This document shows positions 51,136 through 62,071 of a DNA stretch of 64,000 bases, one piece after another. A program made the translations under genes and the position numbers. The notes beneath the pieces are model-generated. The model did not search any database, was not told the DNA's origin, and worked only from the letters and a program-made list of their open reading frames with translations. Numbering within the stretch: the stretch's first letter is position 1; each line of letters starts with the position of its first letter. This stretch comes from Microcoleus sp. (lineage in GTDB: Bacteria > Cyanobacteriota > Cyanobacteriia > Cyanobacteriales > Microcoleaceae), in contig CP181291.1 of assembly GCA_052279835.1 (NCBI GenBank), positions 1,152,001 through 1,216,000 of the forward strand, given 5' to 3'.

Positions 51136-52509
51136 ATGTCAAGATTGATTCATCTGAGATTACAACCGCCTCGCGATCGATTACTCCAGGATGTGAAACG
51201 GGAAGTCCAAGCATCTCGATCGCACTCTTTGCACAATGCCGTATTATCCAACCTCCGTCAAGAAGCTGCGCCTCCCGGTGTCAACCGCTGTTGGGATGTG
51301 GAAGTCAAGGTGGGAAACCGTCCTAGTTTTCAGCTACCTCCCAAAGCTAGCGTGGCTAAAGTGTTCGATCGCACGGGGGGTAAATTGGTCATTTTGGGCG
51401 CGACGGGTGCCGGAAAAACCACTACACTATTGGAATTAGCTCTGGTCTTAGTTTCCCGCGCCCAAAAAGATGCTACAAAGCCGATACCGATACTATTTGA
51501 ACTCGGTACTTGGAAAGCCGAATCCGGGGCGATCGCCGATTGGTTAATTGCTCAACTTAAATTTAAATACGACATCCCCACGGCTGTAGGTAAAAAGTGG
51601 CTTAACGAGCACAAATTACTGCCTTTGCTCGATGGTTTTGACGAAGTAGAAACTCACCGCCAAGACTTGTGTATTCAAGCAATAAATCAGTTTATTGAAA
51701 GTGAAATACAACCTCAACACTTAGTAGTTTGTAGCAATTTTGAAGTTTACAAAAACTGTCAAAATAGATTTAGTCTGCACGCAGCAGTTTTATTGAAACC
51801 TCTGACAGAAACTCAAATTAAAAATTATCTTTTAGAAGCCAGAAGTCGCGAACTTTGGTATAGCCTTGAGCAGGAGCCGGATTTGTTAAAAATGGCTAAA
51901 GCACCACTATTGTTAAGCATGATGGCTTTGGCCTACGAGGACATTTTAATCGAATCTTGGAAGCGTTTAAATTCAGCGGAAGAACAACGCAAATATCTAT
52001 TGACAGCCTACATTCGTCGCCAAATGACTGGGGAAGTGAAGCAGTATCCCAGAGGTAAAGAACTGCGATCGGAACAAATACGGCACTGGCTGGGATGGCT
52101 GGCGAACAAGATGGAACAGCAAGGAATTCAAGAAGTTTTACTCGATAAAATACCCTTTACCTGGCTAGAAACTGGCGAACAGCAGCGGGCGTATTACTTT
52201 GGAGTTAAGCTGCTGGGCGGGCTGATTTGGGTGATTTTGGGATTAGCGGTAACTTTGGTTAGTGGCTCGATTTGGGGATTGATAGCAGGGGCGATCGCAT
52301 CCGTAATTAGTGCTTTGTTACCGGGGATTCCAGCCCTTGAAAAATTTATCTTGCACCTAGTGCTGTGGTCTAATGGGTACATTCCTTGGAATTACAGTCT
52401 TTTTCTCGATGCAGCAGCGGGGCGCTTGCTGATGCAAAAAACGGGCGATCGGCGTTATCGATTTATTCACAATTTATTGCAAAAGCATTTTGCCCAAATT
52501 AGTCATTAG
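51136..52509 (+). CDS. NACHT domain protein with C-terminal TM helices
   Basis: ILGATGAGKTT, LLDGFDE, PLLL, G.IPWNY..FL..A..L.Q..YRFIH. Confidence 0.88.
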   Translation: MSRLIHLRLQPPRDRLLQDVKREVQASRSHSLHNAVLSNLRQEAAPPGVNRCWDVEVKVGNRPSFQLPPKASVAKVFDRTGGKLVILGATGAGKTTTLLELALVLVSRAQKDATKPIPILFELGTWKAESGAIADWLIAQLKFKYDIPTAVGKKWLNEHKLLPLLDGFDEVETHRQDLCIQAINQFIESEIQPQHLVVCSNFEVYKNCQNRFSLHAAVLLKPLTETQIKNYLLEARSRELWYSLEQEPDLLKMAKAPLLLSMMALAYEDILIESWKRLNSAEEQRKYLLTAYIRRQMTGEVKQYPRGKELRSEQIRHWLGWLANKMEQQGIQEVLLDKIPFTWLETGEQQRAYYFGVKLLGGLIWVILGLAVTLVSGSIWGLIAGAIASVISALLPGIPALEKFILHLVLWSNGYIPWNYSLFLDAAAGRLLMQKTGDRRYRFIHNLLQKHFAQISH

Positions 52510-52602
52510 TTATGCGTAAGTCCTGTAGTTGTTATATCAATTCCTGTCTTCATAGGAATTATTCATTTCTGTCCGATCTCTCTGTGTTCTCTGTGTTCTC
52601 TA

Positions 52603-53081
52603 GTGAACTAATATTGATGGATCAAAGGGTAGTTCATTACTGTAGGTTGATTGACCGATCAAGTATTGCAAATAGGGGTTTTACCGGATTTGTTCGACGG
52701 TTTCCCGATCGCTAATTCCGAGTTTTTCTTTGATGATTAATGCCCCCAACGCCATCCGAAAGGATTTGGCTGGTGCACCCATTTCTGTGGGGAAGTTTTT
52801 AGCATATTCTGCTTCAAATTCTGACCACGGGATTACTTGGGTCATTTTTACCCAACGGTTATCTGGTGACAAGCTGCCTCCGAAGGGCAGTTCAAACTCG
52901 GATGGGGGTTGTGGGACCAGCTCAACTTTTCGGTACACGATCGCAGGTGGTGATGCACGGGTTTTGACCTATTTTACCTGTTTATCTTGCACTAAACTCT
53001 CGATCGCGCGTTAGCGGAGGCCTCGAAGAGGATCGAAAACCTTTCGCGACGTAATATGCGAGCGATTATTCAGCAAGCCCT
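52603..53081 (-). mobile_element. Truncated IS5-family element (left end plus transposase 5' pseudogene 52603-52938)
   Basis: FELPFGG.L..DNRWV..IPW..GAPAK.FRMALGALIIK..SDRE.VEQIR*NPYLQY (TAA at 52681-52683); terminal GGGCTTGCTGAA at 53069-53080. Confidence 0.85.
53011..53031 (+). repeat. 21-nt SDR5-like element in a split HIP1-like site
   Basis: GCG|TTAGCGGAGGCCTCGAAGAGG|ATCGA. Confidence 0.65.
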
Positions 53082-53365
53082 ATTTAACAGGGGAATGGGG
53101 AGAACTAACAATAGTTTCCGATCCACCGATACTTTTGGATGTAGAAAACTACCTAATTGTCAAGAATGGCGAGAATTTTATTGAAATTAATAAGGATAAA
53201 ATCAGTATGTCTGAACAGTATTATGCCCCTAATTTGAATCAGGAAAATGTGCAAGCGTTTTCTGTTAAATATCCTAGCTCAGCGGGCGATAAATATTCTA
53301 TTTCGGCAATTACTTCCGACAATCAATTTAGTGTCGGCTTTGGGATCTACCCTACAATAGTTTAA
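53081..53365 (+). pseudogene. 3' remnant of an unknown gene cut by the IS5 end
   Basis: Frame is open from the IS boundary (YLTGEWGELTIV...GFGIYPTIV*) with no convincing start. Confidence 0.5.
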
Positions 53366-53406
53366 AATTTGCACCTACAGCTAATAGCCGATCGCCCAAT
53401 CTAAAA

Positions 53407-53440
53407 TTAAAAGGTGAAAAATTAATTTTTCACCTTTTAA
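53407..53440. terminator. Perfect 34-bp AT-rich palindrome downstream of fabF
   Basis: TTAAAAGGTGAAAAATT|AATTTTTCACCTTTTAA between convergent ORFs. Confidence 0.55.
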
Positions 53441-53469
53441 CTATCTACTCTCGACTCTCAAATTGTCCG

Positions 53470-54723
53470 TTACTGCACAAACTTTTTGAATGCCAGTGTC
53501 ACGTTGTGGCCACCAAATCCAAAGGAATTCGACAGCGCCACATCAACTTTTAGATCGCGACTGTGATGTGGAACATAGTCCAAATCGCACTCTGGATCGG
53601 GATTTTCCAGATTGATTGTCGGCGGGATTTTGTCGTTGGCGATCGACATTACCGCAGCTACCGCCTCAATTCCCCCAGAACCACCCAAAAGATGACCGGT
53701 CATTGACTTGGTAGAACTAATGGCTACTTTGTAAGCATGGTCTCCCAAGGTCTTTTTGATTGCCTTGGTTTCCGTAGAATCGTTGGGAAGAGTGCTAGTA
53801 CCGTGAGCATTGATATAGCTCACCATATCTGGTGTCAAACCCCCATCCTTGAGCGCTAAAGCCATTGCCCGCGACGCACCGTTACCCCCCGGTACTGGGG
53901 AAGTCATGTGGTAGGCATCGCAAGTTAAACCGTAGCCGACGATTTCTGCGTAAATTCTGGCTCCACGGGCGATCGCGTGTTCCATTTCTTCTAGAATCAG
54001 AATGCCAGCACCTTCGCCTACCACAAAACCATCCCGATCGCGATCGAAAGGACGGCAAGCATGAGTTGGGTCATCATTGCGAGTCGAAAGCGCCCTCGCC
54101 GCAGCAAAACCCGCCACACACAAAGGTGTCACCGCAGCTTCCGTACCGCCACAAATCATGGCTTGGGCGTAACCCCCCTGCACGAGGCGAAACGCATCGC
54201 CCACCGCATTTGACCCCGCAGCGCAAGCGGTAACAGTGCAAGAGTTTGGACCTTTAGCACCCGTTTGAATTGCGGTCAGGCCAGCAGCCATATTCGCAAT
54301 CATCATCGGAATCATAAACGGGCTGCATCGATCGGGGCCGCGATTCAGATAAATCTCTTGCTGGTCTTCTAAAACCTTTAAGCCGCCAATGCCAGTGCCA
54401 AGAATGACACCCACCTGTTCTGCGTTCAGGTCATTAATCTCAAACTTCGCATCAGCCAGAGCCTGTTTGCTAGCTGAAACTCCAAACTGAGCAAAGCGAT
54501 CCATCCGCTTTGCTTCCTTGCGCTCTAAATAGTCGTGTGGGTCGTAACCCTTCACCTCTCCGGCAATACGACAGTCGTGCCGCGACGAGTCGAATAAGGT
54601 GATCGGGCCTATACCATTCTTCCCAGCAAGCAACCCGTCCCAATATTCAGACAAGGTATTGCCGATCGGTGTAATCGCGCCGAGACCCGTAATAACAACG
54701 CGCTTACGCTCTAAATTTGTCAT
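53470..54723 (-). CDS. fabF: 3-oxoacyl-ACP synthase II
   Basis: RVVITGLG, TACAAG, NAHGTST, KSMTGH, SNSFGFGGHN. Confidence 0.97.
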   Translation of the reverse strand: MTNLERKRVVITGLGAITPIGNTLSEYWDGLLAGKNGIGPITLFDSSRHDCRIAGEVKGYDPHDYLERKEAKRMDRFAQFGVSASKQALADAKFEINDLNAEQVGVILGTGIGGLKVLEDQQEIYLNRGPDRCSPFMIPMMIANMAAGLTAIQTGAKGPNSCTVTACAAGSNAVGDAFRLVQGGYAQAMICGGTEAAVTPLCVAGFAAARALSTRNDDPTHACRPFDRDRDGFVVGEGAGILILEEMEHAIARGARIYAEIVGYGLTCDAYHMTSPVPGGNGASRAMALALKDGGLTPDMVSYINAHGTSTLPNDSTETKAIKKTLGDHAYKVAISSTKSMTGHLLGGSGGIEAVAAVMSIANDKIPPTINLENPDPECDLDYVPHHSRDLKVDVALSNSFGFGGHNVTLAFKKFVQ

Positions 54724-54821
54724 GATTTCAGTTTCAAAAAAATTAAACACCCAGAACGCAGAACAAAAGAGGAGTTTTCAGTTGTCTAACTTGTCTCCTC
54801 TTAGGGGAAAAGGCAGGTATT

Positions 54822-55076
54822 TTATGCTTTTGGAGTGGCAAGTTTGCTGCTGATGAAGTCTACAGAGGCTTGAACCGTAGTAATTCCTTCGGCTGCCTCG
54901 TCTGGAATTTCAATATCAAACTCTTCTTCCAAAGCCATTACCAACTCTACTGTATCTAAGGAGTCTGCTCCTAAATCGTTAGCAAAGCTGGCTTCTGGCT
55001 TGACTTCAGCCGGATCAACTTCCAGTTGATCTGCCACGATTTTCTTGACTCTAGCAAAAATGTCCTCTTGACTCAT
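54822..55076 (-). CDS. acpP: Acyl carrier protein
   Basis: [20 protein letters not shown]. Confidence 0.97.
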   Translation of the reverse strand: MSQEDIFARVKKIVADQLEVDPAEVKPEASFANDLGADSLDTVELVMALEEEFDIEIPDEAAEGITTVQASVDFISSKLATPKA

Positions 55077-55389
55077 ACCATCATTTCCTCATTGGTTGCT
55101 GCGTATCTGATCTTATCCGAAAGGGGGATCTTCAGGAAAAAGGCTTGCCACTTTTCTAACTGACACTGTGTGTGTGGGGAGTCGGCTGTGGGCAAGGAGT
55201 GTCAACTTCAGGACTGTGGCGGGGGTGCGATCGCTCTTTTAAGACTGCGATCTAGATCCAACTTTAACTTGCAGAAACTCAGATTGCCAACAACTCCACT
55301 AGCCGATCGGGTTACTCAACCTTAATAATTGTCTAAAACTAGGTAAGGATATGGAGAACACAAACGAAGCAGGAAGCATCCCAACTTCG

Positions 55390-55410
55390 TTAGCGCAGCC
55401 CTCGAAGAGG
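55390..55410 (+). repeat. 21-nt SDR5-like element in a split HIP1-like site
   Basis: TCG|TTAGCGCAGCCCTCGAAGAGG|ATCGC. Confidence 0.65.
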
Positions 55411-55460
55411 ATCGCCCTCCTTTGTTGTCCCTTGCCTTGTTGTACCCAGCAGAAACAATT

Positions 55461-56366
55461 ATGCCATCTCAAAATCTCAAATATGCTTACTTTCCCGGTT
55501 GCGTCGCCCAAGGTGCCGCCCGCGAACTTTACCAGTCTACCCAAGCGCTGACTCAAGCCTTGGGCATTGAACTGGTGGAACTCAAAAAAGCTTCTTGCTG
55601 CGGTTCTGGCACTTTTAAAGAAGATTCGCAGTTATTGGAAGATACTGTCAATGCTCGCAATATTGCATTGGCTGAGCAACTGAATCTGCCTTTGCTGACG
55701 CATTGCAGCACTTGTCAAGGGGTAATTGGTCATGTGGACGATCGCCTCAAGGATTGCCAAAAAACCGATCCCAACTACCTAGAACAAGTCAATGGTTTAC
55801 TGCAAAAACAAGGCTGTTCGCCATATCAAGGCAGTACCGAGGTGAAACATCTGCTGTGGGCGATCGTTGCCGACTACGGTTTGGAGGAAGTACAAAAGCG
55901 AGTCACCCGCAAACTTTCGGGTTTAAAGTGCGCCGCTTTTTACGGCTGTTATTTGCTGCGAGCTCAGGACCATCTAATTTACGATGACCCGCACCAACCG
56001 GAATCGATGGAAAATGTGTTTCGGGCGATCGGGGCCACTCCGGTTTACTATCGAGGACGGACTCAGTGCTGCGGCTGGCCCCTAGCAAGTTATGCCACTA
56101 ACCAATCTTTTCAGATGGCTGGCAAACATATTATAGATGCTCTTGACAACGGTGCTGATTGTATGGTAACTCCTTGTCCGCTTTGTCACTTAAATTTGGA
56201 TTCGCGACAGCCGGAAGTGGAAAAAGTAATTGGGCGCAAGTTGGGTTTGCCGGTGCTGCATTTACCGCAATTGGTGGCTTTGGCTTTGGGTGTTGAGCCA
56301 AAAAAACTAGGACTAGACAGACATATTGTTTCCACAAAGCCCGTGTTGGAAAAATTAGGCTTTTAG
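55461..56366 (+). CDS. Heterodisulfide reductase subunit B-like (CCG domain) Fe-S protein
   Basis: YFPGC, SCCG, HCSTC, FYGC, QCCG, PCPLC. Confidence 0.9.
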   Translation: MPSQNLKYAYFPGCVAQGAARELYQSTQALTQALGIELVELKKASCCGSGTFKEDSQLLEDTVNARNIALAEQLNLPLLTHCSTCQGVIGHVDDRLKDCQKTDPNYLEQVNGLLQKQGCSPYQGSTEVKHLLWAIVADYGLEEVQKRVTRKLSGLKCAAFYGCYLLRAQDHLIYDDPHQPESMENVFRAIGATPVYYRGRTQCCGWPLASYATNQSFQMAGKHIIDALDNGADCMVTPCPLCHLNLDSRQPEVEKVIGRKLGLPVLHLPQLVALALGVEPKKLGLDRHIVSTKPVLEKLGF

Positions 56367-56567
56367 TGTATCAATTTGCTCAGGTTTGTAGTAAGGACTT
56401 TAGTCCTTTCTAACACTGAACATCAAATAACTGTGAAGTTTTGTCGCTTTTTGGCGAAGTGCTTCCAGGCACTGCGGTAGACTTACTTTTAATTCTCTGT
56501 GCAGGTTATAGCGGTGGCCTCAAGCCGTCAAATCTTTTAACTCGCAGAGTCCGCAAATTTTTAGTGA

Positions 56568-56834
<267 letters not shown>

Positions 56835-56869
56835 AATTCGATCGACAGCGATCGAACTACAAACACCGG

Positions 56870-56901
56870 AGAGGGGGCGATGACATTGCTCCCTCTTTTT
56901 T
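56870..56901 (+). terminator. Rho-independent terminator after psaC
   Basis: AGAGGGGGCGA-TGACA-TTGCTCCCTCT followed by a T run. Confidence 0.75.
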
Positions 56902-57012
56902 GCTGTGGCATCTAGCTTCTGCCCTAGTGAGAAGCTATAGCCACAGGAAGTAGAACGAGTGAAAATGCAGCGATATAGCCTTTCGAGCTCTCCTATGAGG
57001 TACAATCGAGCA

Positions 57013-57121
57013 TTGGGAATTGGGAATTGGGAATTGGGAATCGCGAATTGGGAATCGCGAATTGGGAATCGCGAATTGGGAATTGGGAATTGGGAATTGG
57101 GAATTGGGAATTGGGAATTGG
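57013..57121. repeat. STRR-type heptamer tandem repeat (GGGAATT)n
   Basis: About 15 copies with CGCGAAT variants. Confidence 0.9.
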
Positions 57122-57410
57122 CTATGAGAAAAGTCACTAATAAGTAACCACTAACAATTCGCCATTGGCCATTCGCCATCGACACTCCCCTGTATCTGAT
57201 TAATAATATTTTTAATTTTTTATTGCCATAAAAAACCATAATATTGATACCGTTTGATTCACCGTGATTAATAATTAATCTAGTGGTTTGATTCATCAAA
57301 TCCGGCGAATCCCTTCCATCTTGGTCCTAAAGGCACGGGGTTTTCCGCTTCCCGTGCTATCTTGATAAAAATTGGTTTTGATTTACGATCGCTAAGCAGG
57401 AGTACCTCAA

Positions 57411-59312
57411 ATGTGCGGAATCGTTGGCTATATCGGCACCCAAGCAGCAAGCGAGATTTTGCTAGCAGGATTAGAGAAACTGGAATATCGGGGTTACGAT
57501 TCAGCGGGCCTCGCTACCATCTGGGAAGGGGAAATTACTTGCATCCGGGCCAAGGGTAAATTGCACAACCTGCGGGAAAAACTAGCACAGATAGAATCTC
57601 CAGCTTCTATTGGTATCGGACACACTCGCTGGGCAACTCACGGTAAGCCAGAAGAATATAACGCTCACCCTCACATGGATAATAGCGGGAGAGTTGCAGT
57701 AGTTCAAAATGGCATTGTCGAAAATTATCGCGAATTGCGGGAAGAATTAAAAGCGAAGGGACATAAATTTGTTTCCGATACGGATACCGAAGTTATTCCT
57801 CATTTAATTTCTGAATTATTGGCTGAGTACACAAGGAATAAGTCAGATGCCCAGGTCGATATTTCGTTTTTAGAAGTCGTTTTAAAGGCGGTAAATAGAT
57901 TAGAAGGAGCTTTTGCAATCGCGGCGATATGTGCAGATTTTCCCGACGAATTAATTGTCGCCAGACAGCAAGCTCCTTTGGTAATTGGCTTTGGTGCTGG
58001 GGAATTTTTCTGCGCTTCTGACACCCCCGCCTTAGTGTCTCATACCCGCGCGGTTTTGTCTCTGGAAAATGGAGAAGCAGCCAGACTAACTCCCATGGGA
58101 GTTGAAGTTTACAGCTTTGCAGGGCAAAAGCTGAAAAAAAGCCCGCGCCTCCTCGGCTGGAGTCCGGTTGCAGTGGAGAAACAGGGCTTCAAACACTTCA
58201 TGCACAAGGAAATTTACGAACAGCCCGCCGTAGTCAGAGCTTGTTTAGAGACGTATTTAGACAACAACTGGAACCCTGAAAGTAAAGACTCTCCGATTAA
58301 TCTCAACTTGCCAAAGGAGCTTTGTGCCGATGTCGAACAAATTTCCATTTTAGCCTGTGGAACGAGCTGGCACGCCTCCCTAATTGGCAAATATTTGTTG
58401 GAACAGTTAGCGAATATTCCTACTTCAGTGCAGTACGCTTCCGAATATCGTTACGCACCGGCACCGGTGACAGCCAATACTTTAATTATTGGGGTAACAC
58501 AGTCGGGAGAAACGGCAGATACACTGGCTGCTTTGGGAATGGAACAGCAGCGCCGAGCGGGTTTGACTGATAAATTTCGGGCGAGAATGTTAGGTATTAC
58601 TAACAGGATAGAAAGCTCGATCGCCCACATGATACCACACATTATTAACACCCACGCTGGTATCGAAGTTGGGGTGGCAGCTACCAAAACTTTTGTTACT
58701 CAGTTGATGGCCTTCTATTTCTTAGCCTTGGATTTGGCACATCAACGACAGGCTATAAGTAACGAAAGATTGGCAGAAATTCTGCTTGGTTTGCGCCAGT
58801 TGCCTGCTATAATTGAAAAGTTTTTGGAGATTCAGGAACAGTATGTGGAGGAATTGTCCCACCAGTTTACTGAAACCCAAGATTTTATCTTTTTGGGACG
58901 GGGAATTAACTTTCCCATTGCTTTGGAAGGGGCTTTGAAACTGAAGGAAATTAGTTACATTCATGCCGAAGGATATCCCGCTGGAGAGATGAAACATGGC
59001 CCGATCGCCCTTTTGGATGCCAAAGTGCCTGTAGTGGCGATCGCCATGCCCGGAAGCGTCTACGAAAAGGTGCTTTCCAACGCTCAGGAAGCGAAAGCCA
59101 GAGATGCCCGTTTAATTGGCGTTACCCCTAAGCAAGGTGCGGCGGAAGCGGATATTTTCGATCATGTTTTGCCCGTACCTTTGGTAGATGAATTATTGTC
59201 ACCAATTGTTACCGTAATTCCCCTGCAACTGTTGGCTTATCATATTGCGGCGCGACGGGGTTTGGATGTGGATCAGCCTCGGAATTTGGCGAAGTCAGTG
59301 ACGGTGGAATAA
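57411..59312 (+). CDS. glmS: Glutamine-fructose-6-phosphate aminotransferase
   Basis: MCGIVG, GHTRWATHG, QSGETADT, EGALKLKE, PRNLAKSVTVE. Confidence 0.98.
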   Translation: MCGIVGYIGTQAASEILLAGLEKLEYRGYDSAGLATIWEGEITCIRAKGKLHNLREKLAQIESPASIGIGHTRWATHGKPEEYNAHPHMDNSGRVAVVQNGIVENYRELREELKAKGHKFVSDTDTEVIPHLISELLAEYTRNKSDAQVDISFLEVVLKAVNRLEGAFAIAAICADFPDELIVARQQAPLVIGFGAGEFFCASDTPALVSHTRAVLSLENGEAARLTPMGVEVYSFAGQKLKKSPRLLGWSPVAVEKQGFKHFMHKEIYEQPAVVRACLETYLDNNWNPESKDSPINLNLPKELCADVEQISILACGTSWHASLIGKYLLEQLANIPTSVQYASEYRYAPAPVTANTLIIGVTQSGETADTLAALGMEQQRRAGLTDKFRARMLGITNRIESSIAHMIPHIINTHAGIEVGVAATKTFVTQLMAFYFLALDLAHQRQAISNERLAEILLGLRQLPAIIEKFLEIQEQYVEELSHQFTETQDFIFLGRGINFPIALEGALKLKEISYIHAEGYPAGEMKHGPIALLDAKVPVVAIAMPGSVYEKVLSNAQEAKARDARLIGVTPKQGAAEADIFDHVLPVPLVDELLSPIVTVIPLQLLAYHIAARRGLDVDQPRNLAKSVTVE

Positions 59313-59550
59313 TTGGTCATTGGTCATTGGTCATTGGTTATTGGTTATTAGAATCAACAAATAACAAATAACAACTAACAACTAATACCATTTCTCTAAA
59401 ATCGTGCAACAATCTTTGACCCCCCCTAACCCCCCCTTATAAAGGGGAGGGACAAGACTACTGTTGCATTCTTTTTTAAAATTGGTATAACAACTAACCA
59501 ATGCCCAATGCCCTATTCCCAATGCCCTATTCCCAATGCCCTATTCCCTA
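59312..59550. repeat. Heptamer arrays (TGGTCAT, CAAATAA/CAACTAA, AATGCCC-TATTCCC) with a MITE at about 59385-59489
   Basis: Tandem 7-mers interrupted by an ATACCATT...AATTGGTAT element containing CCCCCCTTATAAAGGGG. Confidence 0.75.
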
Positions 59551-61195
59551 TTCCGCCAATTGCCGCCAACAGTAGCCAGCTTATAGTATTCACTCGAAAA
59601 TCAAACACGGTGACATCTACGGTGTTAAATAGGGTGCAGGCTGCGAAAGCTAGTAAATAACTGAAGAAAATTAGGCGATCGCCTGAATTATATTCTTGAC
59701 AAATTACCGCATTTATGATACCACTATCTTGAAAATTTGCCTCAGTTTGCTGTGTGGCTATTGGCGGCGGTTGAATATCCACAGGAAAATGCGATCGCCA
59801 ATTTAGCAACAGCAAAACACCCCTAGCCAAAATCCATCCAACTAAACCCAAAAAAAACAGCGTTACTGGTATTCCCGTTTCCGCAGTCAGCATCAGTATC
59901 AAACTATGAGGATGACCAAGCCATTCGTGCATTTGAGCTTCATAAAGAGCCGTAAAATTTCGCAACCCCCAACCAGTCCAAGGACGCTGCTGAGTCATCG
60001 ACCAAGCAAATTGCCATTGAGTAGTTCTTAAAGTCGCTGTGGGCCGATTGGGAAACATCTCATCCGTGAGTCTCGCCCAGAAAAAAGCCGGGATAATTGT
60101 TCGTAAATATTGCCGCAAAGGTTGCGGGCCAAAAGCGGACAAAAAAACTGCACCAACAGCACTAAAAACCGCAGCTAATATTTTTTTCCAACCTGCATAA
60201 ACAGCAAAAGCCACAGCAGCCAAAACAGCCAATCCCCAAGCATTACGAGAATTAGTAAAAATTAAGCAAACAGCATTTCCTAGGACGGCAAAAGTTAAAA
60301 ACAGGAATTGGGCATTGAGAATTGGAAATTGGGGAACCCCCCCCTCGCCCCCCCCAAGGGGGGAATTGGGAATTGGGAATTGGGAATTGGGAATTGGGAA
60401 TTGGGAATTGGGAATTGGGAATTGGGAATTGGGAATTTGCAGTTCATTACTTGTTTCCCTTATCCTTCTTCCCTCTTCCTTCTTCCCTCTTCCTTCTTCC
60501 TTCTTCCCTCTTCCTTCTTCCCTCTTCCTTCTTCCTTCTTCCTTCTTCCTTCTTCCTTCTTCCTTCTTCCTTCTTCCTTCAATACACAATCCCAAAGCTA
60601 AAATAAAAACAATAGTTAGATAACAAGCTAAAATATTGGCATACATAAATACAGAAGCCATCCTACCAGGAGGATTGCCTTTGGGTTCGAGTACCCAGCC
60701 AAAAACGGGCTGTAATTGAACAATGCCACTCCAACCTAAAAATTGCTGTCCCAAACCCAAAATTATGACGGGAATTGAACTAATTACTATTATCCAAGAC
60801 AATTGCCGCAATTGAGTGGGAGTTTGAATTAAACGACTGAATGCCACAAAAAGTATAAAAAACGGCAAGAAATTACCCAATCCTAAAAAAGCCTCGATGT
60901 GGTTGTTAGCAAAAACCGCCGTGATGACTAGCAACACGCTGAGAATTGCAAAACCTCGATTCACCGGGTGAGTGCTAATTTGGCTAAATTTTTGTTGGGA
61001 ACAAGTGCCGATTAATCCCAGGAAGATTCCTAAAGCTCCCAAAATCGGAATTACAGGAAAAATCAGCACTCCCAATTGAGCGAAATTCCAGGGGGTTTGC
61101 AAACTGCGATCGGGATGTTTTTGAACTCGAGATTTGAGATTTTCTACTGTCAGTTTTACACCTAATTTTAACCGTTTTTTGCTATTCACCGACAC
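59513..61195 (-). CDS. O-antigen ligase (Wzy_C/IctB-like) family membrane protein with in-frame repeat insertion
   Basis: GR..S.F..ANILA.YL, TNSRNAW, W......RPWTGWG, HPHS...AETG. Confidence 0.85.
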   Translation of the reverse strand: MSVNSKKRLKLGVKLTVENLKSRVQKHPDRSLQTPWNFAQLGVLIFPVIPILGALGIFLGLIGTCSQQKFSQISTHPVNRGFAILSVLLVITAVFANNHIEAFLGLGNFLPFFILFVAFSRLIQTPTQLRQLSWIIVISSIPVIILGLGQQFLGWSGIVQLQPVFGWVLEPKGNPPGRMASVFMYANILACYLTIVFILALGLCIEGRRKKEEGRRKKEEGRRKREEGRGKKEEGRGKKEEGRRIRETSNELQIPNSQFPIPNSQFPIPNSQFPIPNSPLGGGEGGVPQFPILNAQFLFLTFAVLGNAVCLIFTNSRNAWGLAVLAAVAFAVYAGWKKILAAVFSAVGAVFLSAFGPQPLRQYLRTIIPAFFWARLTDEMFPNRPTATLRTTQWQFAWSMTQQRPWTGWGLRNFTALYEAQMHEWLGHPHSLILMLTAETGIPVTLFFLGLVGWILARGVLLLLNWRSHFPVDIQPPPIATQQTEANFQDSGIINAVICQEYNSGDRLIFFSYLLAFAACTLFNTVDVTVFDFRVNTISWLLLAAIGGIGNRALGIGHWE

Positions 61196-61225
61196 TCCTA
61201 GTCTAAAATCTACAATCTCAAATCT

Positions 61226-62071
61226 TTAGGCTAATTCCCAGGTGCATTCCGATCGCGTTAACCGAATTTGAGCCAAGGCAAAAATGGTAGGAATAATCCG
61301 ACTATAATTAGTTGAAATCGAGCGCCAGCCTAAATCAGCTAAAAACCACGTCCACAACACCGGGCCGAGAAATGAAAACACACTCCGCGTCACACCGTAA
61401 CGAGCAGCACTTGTCGCCATAGAGCGTCGGGCAGTCTGAATTGCGACATAATTTTGAAACTGGGTTGCTGCGGCTGTTCCCCCGGCGATCGCTGCTTGTT
61501 TTGCCATTTCATAGGTGGCAAAGTGCAGTGCAAATTGATGGGCCATGAGTTTGAGTAAAACTGGTTTGACGATGGAACTAACAGCTAAAGCGCTACCACC
61601 TTTGAACAGTAAACCCAAGGGGTCTTTTTCCGCAGAAATTGGCAGAGGCTCAGAGAGTTTAGACTCGACAATTGCTCGCTGTACTCGTACAGTCAATGCT
61701 TGTTTTTCTTGGGAAGGTAACTGCTTCCATGCGCGGCCCATTAAGTGCAAAAATACTTCTGCTTCTAAGTCGGTGGTTGACAACTGTTTGGGATAGGGAA
61801 TTTTGAGATAGCGACAAACTTGAATTAGGGCTTGTCTGTAAGTTACTTGTTCAGTCCGCCCTCTGAGTACCGTCAATCCGTCGGCTGAGAGGTAGCGAAA
61901 CCGTTGTTCTACGGCATCTAGCCAAGCTTCGCGATCGCGACTTTGGACATCGATCGGTGCTGGGGTTTGCACGTAATCTAAAGGGTTAAACCTGCGGCTG
62001 AACAGGAGTTCTGTCAGTTGTTGCAATTCTTCTTCTGTAGCCAATTCTAGCGCTGCTCTGAGTTCGTCCAA
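61226..62071 (-). CDS. YaaW family protein
   Basis: DELRAALELAT.EEL, RFRYL.ADG..VLRG...YRQ.L..VC, NY.R.IP.IF.LAQIR. Confidence 0.75.
   Translation of the reverse strand: MDELRAALELATEEELQQLTELLFSRRFNPLDYVQTPAPIDVQSRDREAWLDAVEQRFRYLSADGLTVLRGRTEQVTYRQALIQVCRYLKIPYPKQLSTTDLEAEVFLHLMGRAWKQLPSQEKQALTVRVQRAIVESKLSEPLPISAEKDPLGLLFKGGSALAVSSIVKPVLLKLMAHQFALHFATYEMAKQAAIAGGTAAATQFQNYVAIQTARRSMATSAARYGVTRSVFSFLGPVLWTWFLADLGWRSISTNYSRIIPTIFALAQIRLTRSECTWELA

Noticed and set aside
55461..56366. Methanogen-type HdrB in an oxygenic phototroph
   Set aside because: Lone HdrB-like CCG proteins are common in cyanobacteria; this is not evidence of a novel pathway.
57013..57121. Repeat arrays as a possible CRISPR
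   Set aside because: They are contiguous heptamers without unique spacers, and no cas genes are in the window.
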